A stretch of 64,000 bases of DNA from Vulcanimicrobiota bacterium (GCA_050250895.1 JBFWNU010000001.1:1870884-1934883); one strand, 5' to 3'. Counted from the stretch's first letter, positions 9,964 to 19,665 are shown. The notes: a model not told the origin generated them from the letters alone. Numbers and translations are program-made.

Positions 9964-11544
9964 CTAGAGTGTCACCAGTTTAGCGTCTTCAATACCTTCC
10001 AAACGGCGAACCTCTTCCAATACGGCCGCTGTAGGCTTCTCGTCCACCGACATTACCATGACGGCCCGGGTCCGCGCCTCGGCCCGGCCGACCTGCATTT
10101 CGGCCACATTGATATCCTCGCGGCCGAGCACCGTGCCCACGCGGCCGATGACTCCGGGCTGGTCGTTCTGCCAGGTGATCAACTTGTGACCCTCAAGAAT
10201 CACCGACAAACGCAGGCCATCGATGCTCACCACTCGGGGCTGGTCGTCCTCGAAGACGGCTCCTACACAGCAGCGCTTGGCCCGGTCGGTCTCGACCGTC
10301 ATTTCGATCACGCTGGAGTAGGCCGACAGCGCGCCACCTTTGCTCTCGGTGACATCCACGCCCCGCTCTTGAGCCACCAGTTTGGCGTTGACGAAGTTGA
10401 CGGTCTCGGGGCTGCCAGCCGCCAGAATGCCTTTCAAAGCGGCCGTGGTCAAAAAGGATACCTGGGAATCGGCCAGGCGTCCGCGATAGACCACCTGGAC
10501 CCGCCGCAGTTTGCCGCCCGCGGTGCAGGCCAGAAAGACTCCCATTTTCTCGGCCAGGTTCAGATAGGGCTTGAGAAAGGCCAGGACCTTCGGAGGAACA
10601 TAGCTGATGTTGACGGCCGAGCGGGGTGGACCCCCGGCCAGAACCTCGACGACCTGCTCGGCCACATCGGTGGCCACCCTCAGCTGCGCCTCTTCGGTGG
10701 AGGCGGCCAGATGGGGCGTGGTCACCAGCCGGTCGGTGGAACGCACCGGCGAGTCCTTGGCCGGCGGCTCAGACTCGAACACGTCCAGGGCGGCTCCCCC
10801 CAGTTGCCCCGAGTTGACGACCTCGACCAGGGCGGCCTCATCCACGATGCCCCCTCGGGCGCAGTTGATGAGAAAGGCGCCTTTCTTCATTTTGGCCAGG
10901 CGCTCGGCATTAAACAGGTTCTCGGTTTCGGGCACTTTCGGCACGTGCACGGTGATGAAGTCGGCCTGGGCCACCAGTTGGTCGATCTCGGCCGAAGTGG
11001 CGCCCGTGCTGGCGATCATCTCGTCGGAAACGAACGGATCGTGGGCCAGCACCTTCATCTTGAACGAAGCCGCCCGCGAGGCTACCTCGCGGCCGATCCG
11101 GCCGAACCCCACCACGCCCAGCGTCTTGTTGTAGAGTTCGTGGCCGGTGAAGGTCTTGCGGTCCCACTCGCCGCGCTCCATCGAGGCGTGCGCCCAGGGC
11201 AGCCTGCGAGCCGCCGCCAACAGCAAGGCCATGGTATGCTCGGCCGCCGAAATCGTGTTGCCTTCCGGCGAGTTGATCACCAGGATACCGCGGGCGGTGG
11301 CCGCCTTTACATCGACGTTGTCTACGCCCACGCCGGCCCGCCCGATGACCTGCAGGTTCTTGCCAGCTTCGATGACCTCGGCGGTGACCTGGGTCGCACT
11401 GCGAATCAACAAGGCGTCGTAATCCCCAATGATGCTGACCAGTTCTTGCGGACTCAAGCCCGTCTTCACATCCACCTCGGCGGATTTTCGCAACGCCTCG
11501 AGGGCCTCTTCGGCCAGAGAATCGCTCACCAATATGCGTGCCAC
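9964..11544 (-). CDS. serA: D-3-phosphoglycerate dehydrogenase (long form, ASB+ACT domains)
   Basis: GRAGVGVDNVD, GFGRIG, INCARGG, TPHLAAST; C-terminal ACT domain; AGGAGG RBS. Confidence 0.96.
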   Translation of the reverse strand: MARILVSDSLAEEALEALRKSAEVDVKTGLSPQELVSIIGDYDALLIRSATQVTAEVIEAGKNLQVIGRAGVGVDNVDVKAATARGILVINSPEGNTISAAEHTMALLLAAARRLPWAHASMERGEWDRKTFTGHELYNKTLGVVGFGRIGREVASRAASFKMKVLAHDPFVSDEMIASTGATSAEIDQLVAQADFITVHVPKVPETENLFNAERLAKMKKGAFLINCARGGIVDEAALVEVVNSGQLGGAALDVFESEPPAKDSPVRSTDRLVTTPHLAASTEEAQLRVATDVAEQVVEVLAGGPPRSAVNISYVPPKVLAFLKPYLNLAEKMGVFLACTAGGKLRRVQVVYRGRLADSQVSFLTTAALKGILAAGSPETVNFVNAKLVAQERGVDVTESKGGALSAYSSVIEMTVETDRAKRCCVGAVFEDDQPRVVSIDGLRLSVILEGHKLITWQNDQPGVIGRVGTVLGREDINVAEMQVGRAEARTRAVMVMSVDEKPTAAVLEEVRRLEGIEDAKLVTL

Positions 11545-11600
11545 TCTACACCTCCTACAGGGTGCTCCGCATTACGGGGGGGGCCGGGGTGGATCCTTCT

Positions 11601-12253
11601 GGCGACGACTGTCGTCGTCGAGAAGGGGAGCGTCCGCTTCGCGGCCGAGAAGGGAGCCGGGCGGTCGCCCGGAGATGGGAGCGGCGACGACTGCCGTCGT
11701 CGAGAAGGGAGCGTCGGCTTCGCCGCCGAGAGAGGAGCCCCTCGGCTTCGCCGGGGAGATGGGAGCGGCCACCTTCGCTATCGCTTTCGGTGGCCGAGAG
11801 GGGAGCGAGGTTCGCTGGGCTCACCTCGAGTCTTGAGGTACTCGACGCGCGACGACTGCGTCGTCGAGAGGGGAGCGTCCGCTTCGCGGCCGAGAAGGGA
11901 GCCGGGCGGTCGCCCGGAGATGGGAGCGCTGGCTTCGCTTGCGCTCGCCAGCGAGAAGGGAGCGAGGTTCGCTGGGCTCACCTCGAGTCTTGAGGTACTC
12001 GACGCGCGACGACTGTCGTCGTCGAGAGGGGAGCGTCCGCTTCGCGGCCGAGAAGGGAGCCGGGCGGTCGCCCGGAGATGGGAGCGGCGACGACTGCCGT
12101 CGTCGAGAAGGGAGCGTCCGCTTCGCGGCCGAGAAGGGAGCCGGGCGGTCGCCCGGAGATGGGAGCGCTGGCTTCGCTTGCGCTCGCCAGCGAGAAGGGA
12201 GCGAGGTTCGCTGGGCTCACCTCGAGTCTTGAGGTACTCGACGCTTCGCGTCG
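11601..12253 (+). repeat. Array A: short GC-rich hairpins separated by ~18 copies of a GAGA(A/T/G)GGGAGC linker, with higher-order repetition
   Basis: Palindromes such as CCGGGCGGTCGCCCGG, CGACGAC..GTCGTCG and CCGCTTCGCGG recur between identical purine linkers. Confidence 0.9.
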
Positions 12254-12260
12254 TAACCCT

Positions 12261-12652
12261 GGTCGGCCGCAGGCCGAAATCTCCGCGCGACGCGCCGGCT
12301 CCTTTCTCAGCGGCGTCAGCCGCTGCTGCTTGTCGGCCGCAGGCCGAGATCTCCGCGCGAAGCGCCGGCTCCTTTCTCAGCGGCGCCAGCCGCTGCCAGG
12401 CCGAGATCTCCGCGCGAAGCGCCGGCTCCTTTCCCAGCGGCGTCAGCCGCTGCTGCTTGTCGGCCGCAGGCCGAGATCTCCGCGCGAAGCGTCGGCTCCT
12501 TTCTCAGCGGCGTCAGCCGCTGCTGCTTGTCGGCCGCAGGCCGAGATCTCCGCGCGAAGCGCCGGCTCCTTTCTCAGCGGCGCCAGCCGCTGCCAGGCCG
12601 AGATCTCCGCGCGAAGGGTCGGCTCCGTTCTCAGCGGCGCCAGCCGCTGCTC
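12261..12652 (-). repeat. Array B: six 57/70-bp units of hairpins with a GAGAAAGGAGCC linker on the minus strand
   Basis: GGCTCCTTTCTC (or a 1-nt variant) at 12297, 12367, 12424, 12494, 12564 and 12621; hairpins CAGCGGC-GTCA-GCCGCTG and TCGGCC-GCA-GGCCGA. Confidence 0.9.
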
Positions 12653-12662
12653 CCCGGCCCTC

Positions 12663-12691
12663 TAGACAGGTCCTGTCCACATGTGTATTAT
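12663..12691 (+). promoter_or_regulatory. Sigma70-type promoter for tRNA-Ser
   Basis: TAGACA-N17-TATTAT, 13 nt before the tRNA. Confidence 0.7.
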
Positions 12692-12704
12692 GGAACGCAC
12701 ACAC

Positions 12705-12793
12705 GGAGTGGTGGCCGAGCGGCTCAAGGCGCACGCCTGCTAAGCGTGAGGGGGGAAACTCCCACGTGGGTTCGAATCCCACCCACTCCGCCA
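12705..12793 (+). tRNA. tRNA-Ser (anticodon GCU)
   Basis: GGAGTGG..CCACTCC-G-CCA, anticodon loop CTGCTAA, long variable arm, GGTTCGAATCC. Confidence 0.96.
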
Positions 12794-12800
12794 ACTCCAG

Positions 12801-12824
12801 CGGGGACGGCAGGTCCCCGTTTTT
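12801..12824 (+). terminator. Intrinsic terminator after tRNA-Ser
   Basis: CGGGGAC-GGCAG-GTCCCCG-TTTTT. Confidence 0.8.
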
Positions 12825-12830
12825 GCATGT

Positions 12831-13802
12831 ATGCGATACGAACGAGCCGACCTGATCGTGGTAGGAGGGGGCCTGGTGGGTAGCCTGGCCGCTCGTGCCG
12901 CTGTGGCCCGCGGGCTGACGGTGCGTGTCATCGACGAGGGACGCCCGCGTTTGCTCGAGCCCGTGACTTACCACTGCGCCTACGACGAGGCCGACCTGGT
13001 GCGTTGGTTGGAGCCTTCGCTGAGCGTCTGGCAAGAGTTCGATTCGGCCCGCTACCCGCTCGACCTGCAGGCCTTCGAGCGGCTCGAGGTGGGGCCTGAA
13101 CTGGGCGGTTTGCGCGCGGCGCTCGAACTGGGTGGAGAGGCTCATCGGGTGCTGGATTCGGAAGAAGCCAATCGGACTTATCGCTATCTGCGTCTGCCCG
13201 AGGGGTGGACGGCCATTCGCATGGTCCGAGCGGGGCGACTGAATAGTCCGCAGCTGCTGGCCCATCTTTGGGAGAACCTGGCCGGGGTGCACTCGGACAC
13301 CCAGGTTCGCTTTATCGACTTCGAGCACGAGTCGCCCACGGCGGTGAGTTATGAGGTGGCCTTTCGCGGGCGTTACCTGCTGGTGGCCGCCGGCCAGGCC
13401 ACGGCCGGGTTGTTGGGTCTGGATTTGCCCGGGGGGGTCGAGCGGCGGGCCGTCTTCTTCGGAGGCGGGGAACCTCTTTATGGGGGGGCTCGCCTGGAGA
13501 AGAACTGGGAGTTCGAGCCGGGTGACCAGGGCTTCGAGCTAGTAGGGCCCGACCAGGAGATGCCGGAAGAACTCAGACGGTTGGCGCCGAGTCTGTTCGC
13601 CCACCGCCTCGGTCAGCGACAGACCCAGGAACAGGAACGCCCCTATCTGGGCGAGCTTGATTTTCGCTCGGACATCGGCGGTTATACGGCGCTCGGGGCG
13701 GGGCACCGGGGATTGGCACCGCAGTTGGCCGAGGTTGCCATCGAGCGCTTGTTGGGCGAGCGCGGGGTCCCGGCCGCCCTGGCCTACGGCCGCTCGGAAT
13801 AG
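12831..13802 (+). CDS. FAD-dependent oxidoreductase (DAO/sarcosine oxidase-like, divergent)
   Basis: N-terminal DLIVVGGGLVG Rossmann motif, LLVAAG, C-terminal GLAP. Confidence 0.7.
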   Translation: MRYERADLIVVGGGLVGSLAARAAVARGLTVRVIDEGRPRLLEPVTYHCAYDEADLVRWLEPSLSVWQEFDSARYPLDLQAFERLEVGPELGGLRAALELGGEAHRVLDSEEANRTYRYLRLPEGWTAIRMVRAGRLNSPQLLAHLWENLAGVHSDTQVRFIDFEHESPTAVSYEVAFRGRYLLVAAGQATAGLLGLDLPGGVERRAVFFGGGEPLYGGARLEKNWEFEPGDQGFELVGPDQEMPEELRRLAPSLFAHRLGQRQTQEQERPYLGELDFRSDIGGYTALGAGHRGLAPQLAEVAIERLLGERGVPAALAYGRSE

Positions 13803-15715
13803 ACCATCTCGGGCAACACGATGCGAAAGCCTAGATCGCTGCGGCGAAAGTCTTCATTGGCGGCCACTCGGGCCCCTGAGCGACACTTCGAGGGAATACT
13901 CTCCCAGCCACCGCCGCGCATGACTCGCAGAGTGCCGTTCATCGGGCCCAGCGGGTCGAACTGGGCCGTCGAAGGATACTCGGCGTAGAAATCGTCGCAC
14001 CATTCCCAGACATTGCCATGCACATCGTAAAGGCCGAAGGCGTTGGCCGCTCCTAGCGAGCCCACGTCGATGGGAGTGAGGCGATAGACCCCCTTGCCAC
14101 CCATGCCGTAGGTGTGGTCTGCCTGATAGTTGGCCACATCGCTCGAAAGCGTGAGGCCGAAGGTGAAGGGCGTGGTGCTACCGGCCCGACAGGCGTACTC
14201 CCATTCGGCTTCCGTGGGCAAACGATAGGCTCGCCCTGAGGCCCGGGTCAGGCGGGCGCAGAACTCTTGCACTTCGAGCCATGAAACCGACTCCACCGGC
14301 AGGCCGTCGCCGCGGTATTCTGAGGGTTGCAAAGGCAAGGAGGCGCGCACGGCGGTCTGAGAGGCCATCACCCGCCACTGCTTCTGGGTGATCTCGTAGC
14401 GCGACATGTAGAAAGAGCGGATGGTCACCTGGTGCTGGGGAGACTCGGAGGGATCGCGGTTGGGCTCGTCGTCGGGAGTTCCCATCCAGAAGGTCCCACC
14501 CGGCACCTGGACCATCTCGATGGCCACTCCTTCACCCAGGTTCTCGGCGAAGCCGACGGTCTGGCCCGGCCGGCGACTGGGAAAGCGACCCTTGGGGTCG
14601 AGAGAAACCACTTCGTAGTTGAGACTGTAAAGCTGATCCGGCGGCACGTTGGGCACCGGCACCACCGGGTCGCGGGCCCCGCCCCAGCCGATGGCAAACC
14701 CGATGGCCAGCACCAGTAGCAGACCGGCGATGTAGATCGGCGTGCGGTAGATGGGCCTCGGCTCGGGCGGGGGCGGCGGCGGTTCGGGCGGAGGCGGGGG
14801 CGGTGGTTCTTTCTTGGGTGGAATGTTGGCCGGCAGCACGCTGCCATGACCCGAGACCTCGGGGGCGGGAGTGGGCTCGGGGGGGAGTTCCTCGGCCGGT
14901 TCCTCTCCGTCGAGAAAGGCGATGGCCCGCTGGGCCGTCCAGCGGTCTTTTGGCTCTCGTCGCAGGCATCCCCGGATGAGAGGGTCGAGCTTGGAAGGCA
15001 GATCGGACAGTTCTGGCAACTGATTGAGAATTCGCCAGATAAGATCGCCTTTTGAACCCTTGTCGCCTTGTTCGAAGGGCAGTCGGCCGGTCACGGCCAC
15101 AAACAGCATGATGCCTAGAGACCAGAGGTCGCTGGGAGCTTCGACCACGTCTTTTTCGAACGTCTCGGGGGCGCGATAGATGAAGTGGCGTTCGTCGACG
15201 TGGACTTCGCGCAACCGGGAGCGAATGGTCAGAAACTCGGTTCCGCCGAGCTTCCAATCTTTGCCCACTCGCAACAGGTTGGTGGGTCGCATGTGACCGT
15301 GCACGTGATCTTGTTCGTGGAGAAAGGTCAGAGCCTCGAGAGCACCGCGCGCCAGGGCCTCGACCTCTTCGGACTCGAAGGTCTTGGACTCGTCCAGCCG
15401 TTTGGCCAGGCTTTCGTCGGCCAGTTCGACGGCGGCATAGAGCGCGCCGGTGGCCGGTCCGGTGCGGATGACCCCATAGTTCTGTAAGTTAACCAGACTG
15501 GGGTCGTTGAGTTTGAGGCCGCGGGCTTCAGAGACCAGCTCGTCGGGGTCTTCGCCTTCGAGCGGATAGGCGATCTTGATGGCACATTTCCCGACCGCTC
15601 GCTTGAGCGCCAGCAGATCGGCCAGAAAGACGTCACCTACCGGCCCCTGGCCCAAATGCTCGGCCAGACGGAGGCGGTCGGAAAGCTGGAAGCCTATGAG
15701 CTGGTCCGGCTCCAT
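13784..15715 (-). CDS. Kinase-like domain + Pro-rich linker + TM + FGE-sulfatase (SUMF1) domain protein
   Basis: LGQGPVG/AIK/APE/SDLWSLG kinase fold; RLPTEAEWEYACRAG, NAFGLYDVHGNVWEWC and GFR FGE-sulfatase motifs. Confidence 0.88.
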   Translation of the reverse strand: MEPDQLIGFQLSDRLRLAEHLGQGPVGDVFLADLLALKRAVGKCAIKIAYPLEGEDPDELVSEARGLKLNDPSLVNLQNYGVIRTGPATGALYAAVELADESLAKRLDESKTFESEEVEALARGALEALTFLHEQDHVHGHMRPTNLLRVGKDWKLGGTEFLTIRSRLREVHVDERHFIYRAPETFEKDVVEAPSDLWSLGIMLFVAVTGRLPFEQGDKGSKGDLIWRILNQLPELSDLPSKLDPLIRGCLRREPKDRWTAQRAIAFLDGEEPAEELPPEPTPAPEVSGHGSVLPANIPPKKEPPPPPPPEPPPPPPEPRPIYRTPIYIAGLLLVLAIGFAIGWGGARDPVVPVPNVPPDQLYSLNYEVVSLDPKGRFPSRRPGQTVGFAENLGEGVAIEMVQVPGGTFWMGTPDDEPNRDPSESPQHQVTIRSFYMSRYEITQKQWRVMASQTAVRASLPLQPSEYRGDGLPVESVSWLEVQEFCARLTRASGRAYRLPTEAEWEYACRAGSTTPFTFGLTLSSDVANYQADHTYGMGGKGVYRLTPIDVGSLGAANAFGLYDVHGNVWEWCDDFYAEYPSTAQFDPLGPMNGTLRVMRGGGWESIPSKCRSGARVAANEDFRRSDLGFRIVLPEMVYSERP

Positions 15716-15797
15716 CGGCGGGCAATTCAAGCTCGCCGGCCGGGATCCCCTCTCGGCCGGGGGGAGTTTCCAGGCTTCGACCGAACGGGCCCAGACT

Positions 15798-16571
15798 GTG
15801 TATCTTGAGCGGATCTTGAACCACCGTAGGGGCGGCCATCGCTACGGCGATTCGGCCGCTCAGCTTCGCCGCTGGCGCGAACGGGCGGCCGATGGGCCCG
15901 CCCCCCGCGACTTCGCCAAAGCGCTGGCGCAAGGCACATTTCCAACCATCATCGCCGAGATCAAGCGGGCCTCTCCCTCGAAGGGGCCGCTGCGACCCGA
16001 TCTCGACCCGGCCCAACTGGCCAGGGCCTACGAGGCTGGGGGCGCGGCTGCCCTATCGGTGCTAACCGAAGAAGAGTACTTCCGAGGAAGCCTCGACGAT
16101 CTGGTGGCGGCCCGCAATGCCTGCGTCCTGCCGGTGCTGCGCAAAGATTTCTTACTTGAGCCCTGGGAGGTGTACGAAGCCCGCGCCCACGGTGCCGATG
16201 CGGTGTTGCTGATAGCGGCCGCCCTCGAGACCCCCAGGCTGGCCGAGATGCAAGCGCTGGCCCACGAACTGGGCATGGCCGCGCTGATCGAAGTGCACGA
16301 CGAGAAAGAACTCCGCGATGTTTTGACGGTTGAACCTCGCATTGTGGGAATAAACAATCGGAATCTGAATACCTTCGAGGTGGATCTGCACACGACCACC
16401 CGGTTGGTAGCCGCCCTTCCTCAGGGCGTTCTCAGCGTTAGCGAGAGCGGTTTTGGAGGGGTCGCCGATCTGGCCGGCTTCGAAAATTTGGTAGATGCTT
16501 TCCTTATTGGCGAAAGCCTGGTAACATCTCAAGATTCCGAGAGTGCCCTCAGGAGGCTGAAAAACTGTTGA
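15798..16571 (+). CDS. trpC: Indole-3-glycerol phosphate synthase
   Basis: IIAEIKRASPSKG, LSVLTE, LRKDF, GINNRNL, SESG; start set at GTG 15798. Confidence 0.95.
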   Translation: MYLERILNHRRGGHRYGDSAAQLRRWRERAADGPAPRDFAKALAQGTFPTIIAEIKRASPSKGPLRPDLDPAQLARAYEAGGAAALSVLTEEEYFRGSLDDLVAARNACVLPVLRKDFLLEPWEVYEARAHGADAVLLIAAALETPRLAEMQALAHELGMAALIEVHDEKELRDVLTVEPRIVGINNRNLNTFEVDLHTTTRLVAALPQGVLSVSESGFGGVADLAGFENLVDAFLIGESLVTSQDSESALRRLKNC

Positions 16572-18922
16572 TGAGAAGATTTCGCTGGTTGGCAATGTTG
16601 CTTGCGGTGCTGGTGTTGTTCGCGCCGCTACGGGCCCAGGAGCCCGGCGAGAATTTGCCGCCGCTGAACCTGCCGCCCTTGCCCGGCGAGGAGGGTCCCG
16701 CCGAGGACCTGAATCTGCCTGACCCCAACGAAGAACGACCGGACATCCCCCCGCCTCCTCCGCCGCTGCCGCTTCCCGAGGGACCGGCCGTGGTCAAGCC
16801 CAACATTCCCGTCAGCGGCAACCGATTCTTCAAGTTGCTTTACGCCGACGAACTGGTGGGCTACAGCACCTTCCAGGTTTCGTCGACCATGAAATTGGGC
16901 GGCGAAGAGTTCGTGATTTTGCAGTCTCAGGGCGAGATGAAGCTGGGCTTCGGAGCCGTCGAGCCTTCGACGTTCTTCGCCAAGCTGGCCCTGGATCGCA
17001 ACGATCTGAGGCCAAGTTACTACAAGTGCATGCAGAAGTCGGGTGGTAGCTCCTTCGAGGTCGAGTGCGTCTATTCCGACACCATGGTGGCTCAGACCAA
17101 TCGCACCGGTGACGCCAAGAGCGTGCACTTTCACAACTACACGGGTCGCCCTCCGGCGCTGTTGTTCAACAACCTGTGGGGTCACATCGACACGTTTCCC
17201 GAGCACTACTGGCTACTGGTGCGCTCGGCCGTCAACGGCGGTATCCTGGACGCCTATGACCCCATCCTACGGGGAGGCGGAGACCTGGTCGTCTATGACC
17301 CCAAGTCAGAAACCATCGACTGGAACGGCACCAAGCTCAACACCAAGATTTATCCCGTCAGCGATCTGAAAGGCACCTTGCTGGCGCGCGTGCGGGTCAA
17401 GGCTGACGACCTCGAATTGCTCGAGGTGGACGAGGTCGGCTCGGGACTGCGGATGGTGCGGACCGACTCGAGCGTGGTGGCCAAGGTCGCCAAAGTCAAA
17501 GGCGTAGACCTGCTTAGCCACCGGGTGGTGCCTTCCAACGTGGTCTTTTCGGACCCCGACCGCTTGACCTCGCTCGAGGCCGACGTCGAGATCTCGCTGC
17601 GGGGCGGACAGTTCGCCGACCACCGCATTCCCGGCTATCGCCAGTATTTCACCGGCGAACTCAGAGAAGGCTACATGAAAGGGCGAGTGGTGGTTCGTTC
17701 GGTTCCCCGTCAGGGCGGTTACACCACCAAGTATCCGCTAAAAGGGCCGCTGAGCCCCGAGATCGAGGCCTATACCAAGGCCGGCCCGGGGGTCGAATCA
17801 GAGTTTCCCGCGCTGGTGCTGAAAGCCCGCGAGCTGACCTGGAAGTCGGGCACCACCTTCGAGGCCGCTCGGCGTCTGATGAACTTCACCTCACAGGTCG
17901 AAGAAGGCGTCTCTCTTCCGTCCGCCCGCTATGCCCTCGAGAGCGGGGTCGGAAACCCCGAGAGCAAGGCCCTGCTATTTATCGCCATGGCTCGAGCCGC
18001 CGGGCTGCCGGCCCGACGGGTGGGTGGACTGCTCTTCCGCGATGGCTCCTTTGTCCCTCACCATTGGGCCGAAGTGTGGCTGGGCGAATCCGAGACCTGG
18101 TGCCCGTTTGACCCGACCACGGCCGAGGCCGGACGGGTGGGCGCCACCCACATTGCCCTGTGGGAGAGTGGTGACGTGCAGGATCTGCACATCAAAGTCA
18201 CCGACTATGCTCCCCGCGCCGCCAGCAAGGTGGCCTACGTCAATCAAGAACTCAACTGGGGAGTGGGCGAAGAACGCGTTTATGCCATCATGCGCGATGG
18301 TCAGAAGGTCGGCGAAGAAGTGGCGGCCATCAAAGAGCTGCTGGTCGAAGGCAGCGACGAGGTCTATCGTTTCGTCGCCCACAGCGAGATCCAGGAGGGC
18401 GAGAAAACGCAGAGCATCGACTGCCAGGCCTTGCTCAGTCCGGTCGGCTTGCCGGTCAAAGTCGCGATGCGCGACAACCAGAACAATCAGGAGAACTTCG
18501 AGTTTCTGGCCGACACAGCTCGCTGCGAAACGACCCTGGCCAACGGAAAGCCCTCGGTGCGCGACGTTCCTTTCGCTCGTGGGACCTACCTGACCGACCC
18601 CCGTGTGCTATCGCAGTGGGCGCTGGTGGTGGGGCAGACCCCTAAGGGCGAGAATTCTCAAGAAGAAGAGCAGCGTTATTCCTTCTACATCTTCTTACCT
18701 CAGGAGCTCAAGACGCGCGAAATGGTGCTCGAAGGCGCCCAGGACGAAACGGTCACCCTGCCCGATGGTAGCGAGGTTTCGGCCCGCAAGCTCGAAGCCG
18801 ACTCCGGCATGGCTTTCTATCTCAATGACAAGAACCAGGTCGTCAAGATCGACATCCCTTCGCAGAAGATCGAGCTCTTGCTCGAAGAGACACGCACCAG
18901 CCTGGGCACCAATCTCGAATAG
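16571..18922 (+). CDS. Secreted transglutaminase-like domain protein
   Basis: Signal peptide, Pro-rich linker, ARAAGLPAR...HHWAEVW...PFDPT core; expected catalytic Cys absent. Confidence 0.8.
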   Translation: MRRFRWLAMLLAVLVLFAPLRAQEPGENLPPLNLPPLPGEEGPAEDLNLPDPNEERPDIPPPPPPLPLPEGPAVVKPNIPVSGNRFFKLLYADELVGYSTFQVSSTMKLGGEEFVILQSQGEMKLGFGAVEPSTFFAKLALDRNDLRPSYYKCMQKSGGSSFEVECVYSDTMVAQTNRTGDAKSVHFHNYTGRPPALLFNNLWGHIDTFPEHYWLLVRSAVNGGILDAYDPILRGGGDLVVYDPKSETIDWNGTKLNTKIYPVSDLKGTLLARVRVKADDLELLEVDEVGSGLRMVRTDSSVVAKVAKVKGVDLLSHRVVPSNVVFSDPDRLTSLEADVEISLRGGQFADHRIPGYRQYFTGELREGYMKGRVVVRSVPRQGGYTTKYPLKGPLSPEIEAYTKAGPGVESEFPALVLKARELTWKSGTTFEAARRLMNFTSQVEEGVSLPSARYALESGVGNPESKALLFIAMARAAGLPARRVGGLLFRDGSFVPHHWAEVWLGESETWCPFDPTTAEAGRVGATHIALWESGDVQDLHIKVTDYAPRAASKVAYVNQELNWGVGEERVYAIMRDGQKVGEEVAAIKELLVEGSDEVYRFVAHSEIQEGEKTQSIDCQALLSPVGLPVKVAMRDNQNNQENFEFLADTARCETTLANGKPSVRDVPFARGTYLTDPRVLSQWALVVGQTPKGENSQEEEQRYSFYIFLPQELKTREMVLEGAQDETVTLPDGSEVSARKLEADSGMAFYLNDKNQVVKIDIPSQKIELLLEETRTSLGTNLE

Positions 18923-19566
18923 TGTGCGGGCGGTTTAGCCTGGACCTGCCCCCGCAGGTCCTCAAGGACGAGTTCGGTTGGCTCGAGGGTGAGATTCTCG
19001 GCCTGCCGCGCTATAATGTGTCGCCCACCGAAGAGGTGGTGGCCGTGACCAGTGACAGCCAGCCGCTTTTTTTGCGTTGGGGCTTGATACCGTGGTATGC
19101 CAAGAAGCCTGGCAAACCACTGATTCAGGCTCGCAGCGAGACGGTGGCCGAGAAGTCAGCCTTCGCCCAGAGCTTCCAGCGCCGACGCTGCCTCATTCCG
19201 GCCTCGGGCTTTTTCGAGTGGGACCGCAGCAGCGGTAAGCCGCTTCCGTATCACATCCGTCGCCGGGACGGTCATCCCCTGGTGATGGCCGGCATCTACG
19301 ATTGGTGGAAGTCGCCCCAGGGCGAGCGGTTGGGCAGTTGCTGCGTGTTGACCACCGAAGCCAATCGGGATGTGGCCACGGTTCATGATCGCATGCCGGT
19401 GGTCATCGAGGCCGGGGACTATGCTGGCTGGCTCGAAGGCGATCTCGACCAGGCCGCGGGCTTGCTCGGTCCGGCCAGGGCCGACCTTGAAGTCTATCGA
19501 GTATCGACGGTGGTCAACAAAGCGGGCCACGATGTGCCCGAGTGCCTGGTTCCGCTGGAAATGTGA
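18922..19566 (+). CDS. SOS response-associated peptidase (SRAP, YedK/HMCES family)
   Basis: N-terminal MCGRF, RYNVSP, RCLIPASGFFEW, HDRMPV. Confidence 0.95.
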   Translation: MCGRFSLDLPPQVLKDEFGWLEGEILGLPRYNVSPTEEVVAVTSDSQPLFLRWGLIPWYAKKPGKPLIQARSETVAEKSAFAQSFQRRRCLIPASGFFEWDRSSGKPLPYHIRRRDGHPLVMAGIYDWWKSPQGERLGSCCVLTTEANRDVATVHDRMPVVIEAGDYAGWLEGDLDQAAGLLGPARADLEVYRVSTVVNKAGHDVPECLVPLEM

Positions 19567-19639
19567 ACTAGCTCACAGACCGGTTGGGGCCAACGAGGTA
19601 TTCTATGGTCACACGAAACCCCAAGACACCCAATCCCCC

Positions 19640-19665
19640 AAACCCCGGCTCCCAACCGGGGTTTT
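19640..19665 (+). terminator. Intrinsic terminator-like hairpin
   Basis: AAACCCCGG-CTCCCAA-CCGGGGTTTT. Confidence 0.65.

Noticed and set aside
11601-12652. CRISPR array
   Set aside because: The intervening segments are repeated palindromes rather than unique spacers, the constant unit is only ~11 bp, and no cas genes are present.
10186-12855. 889-aa + strand ORF
   Set aside because: Antisense shadow of serA running through GC-rich repeats and the tRNA-Ser gene; Arg/Ser/Pro-rich and not protein-like.
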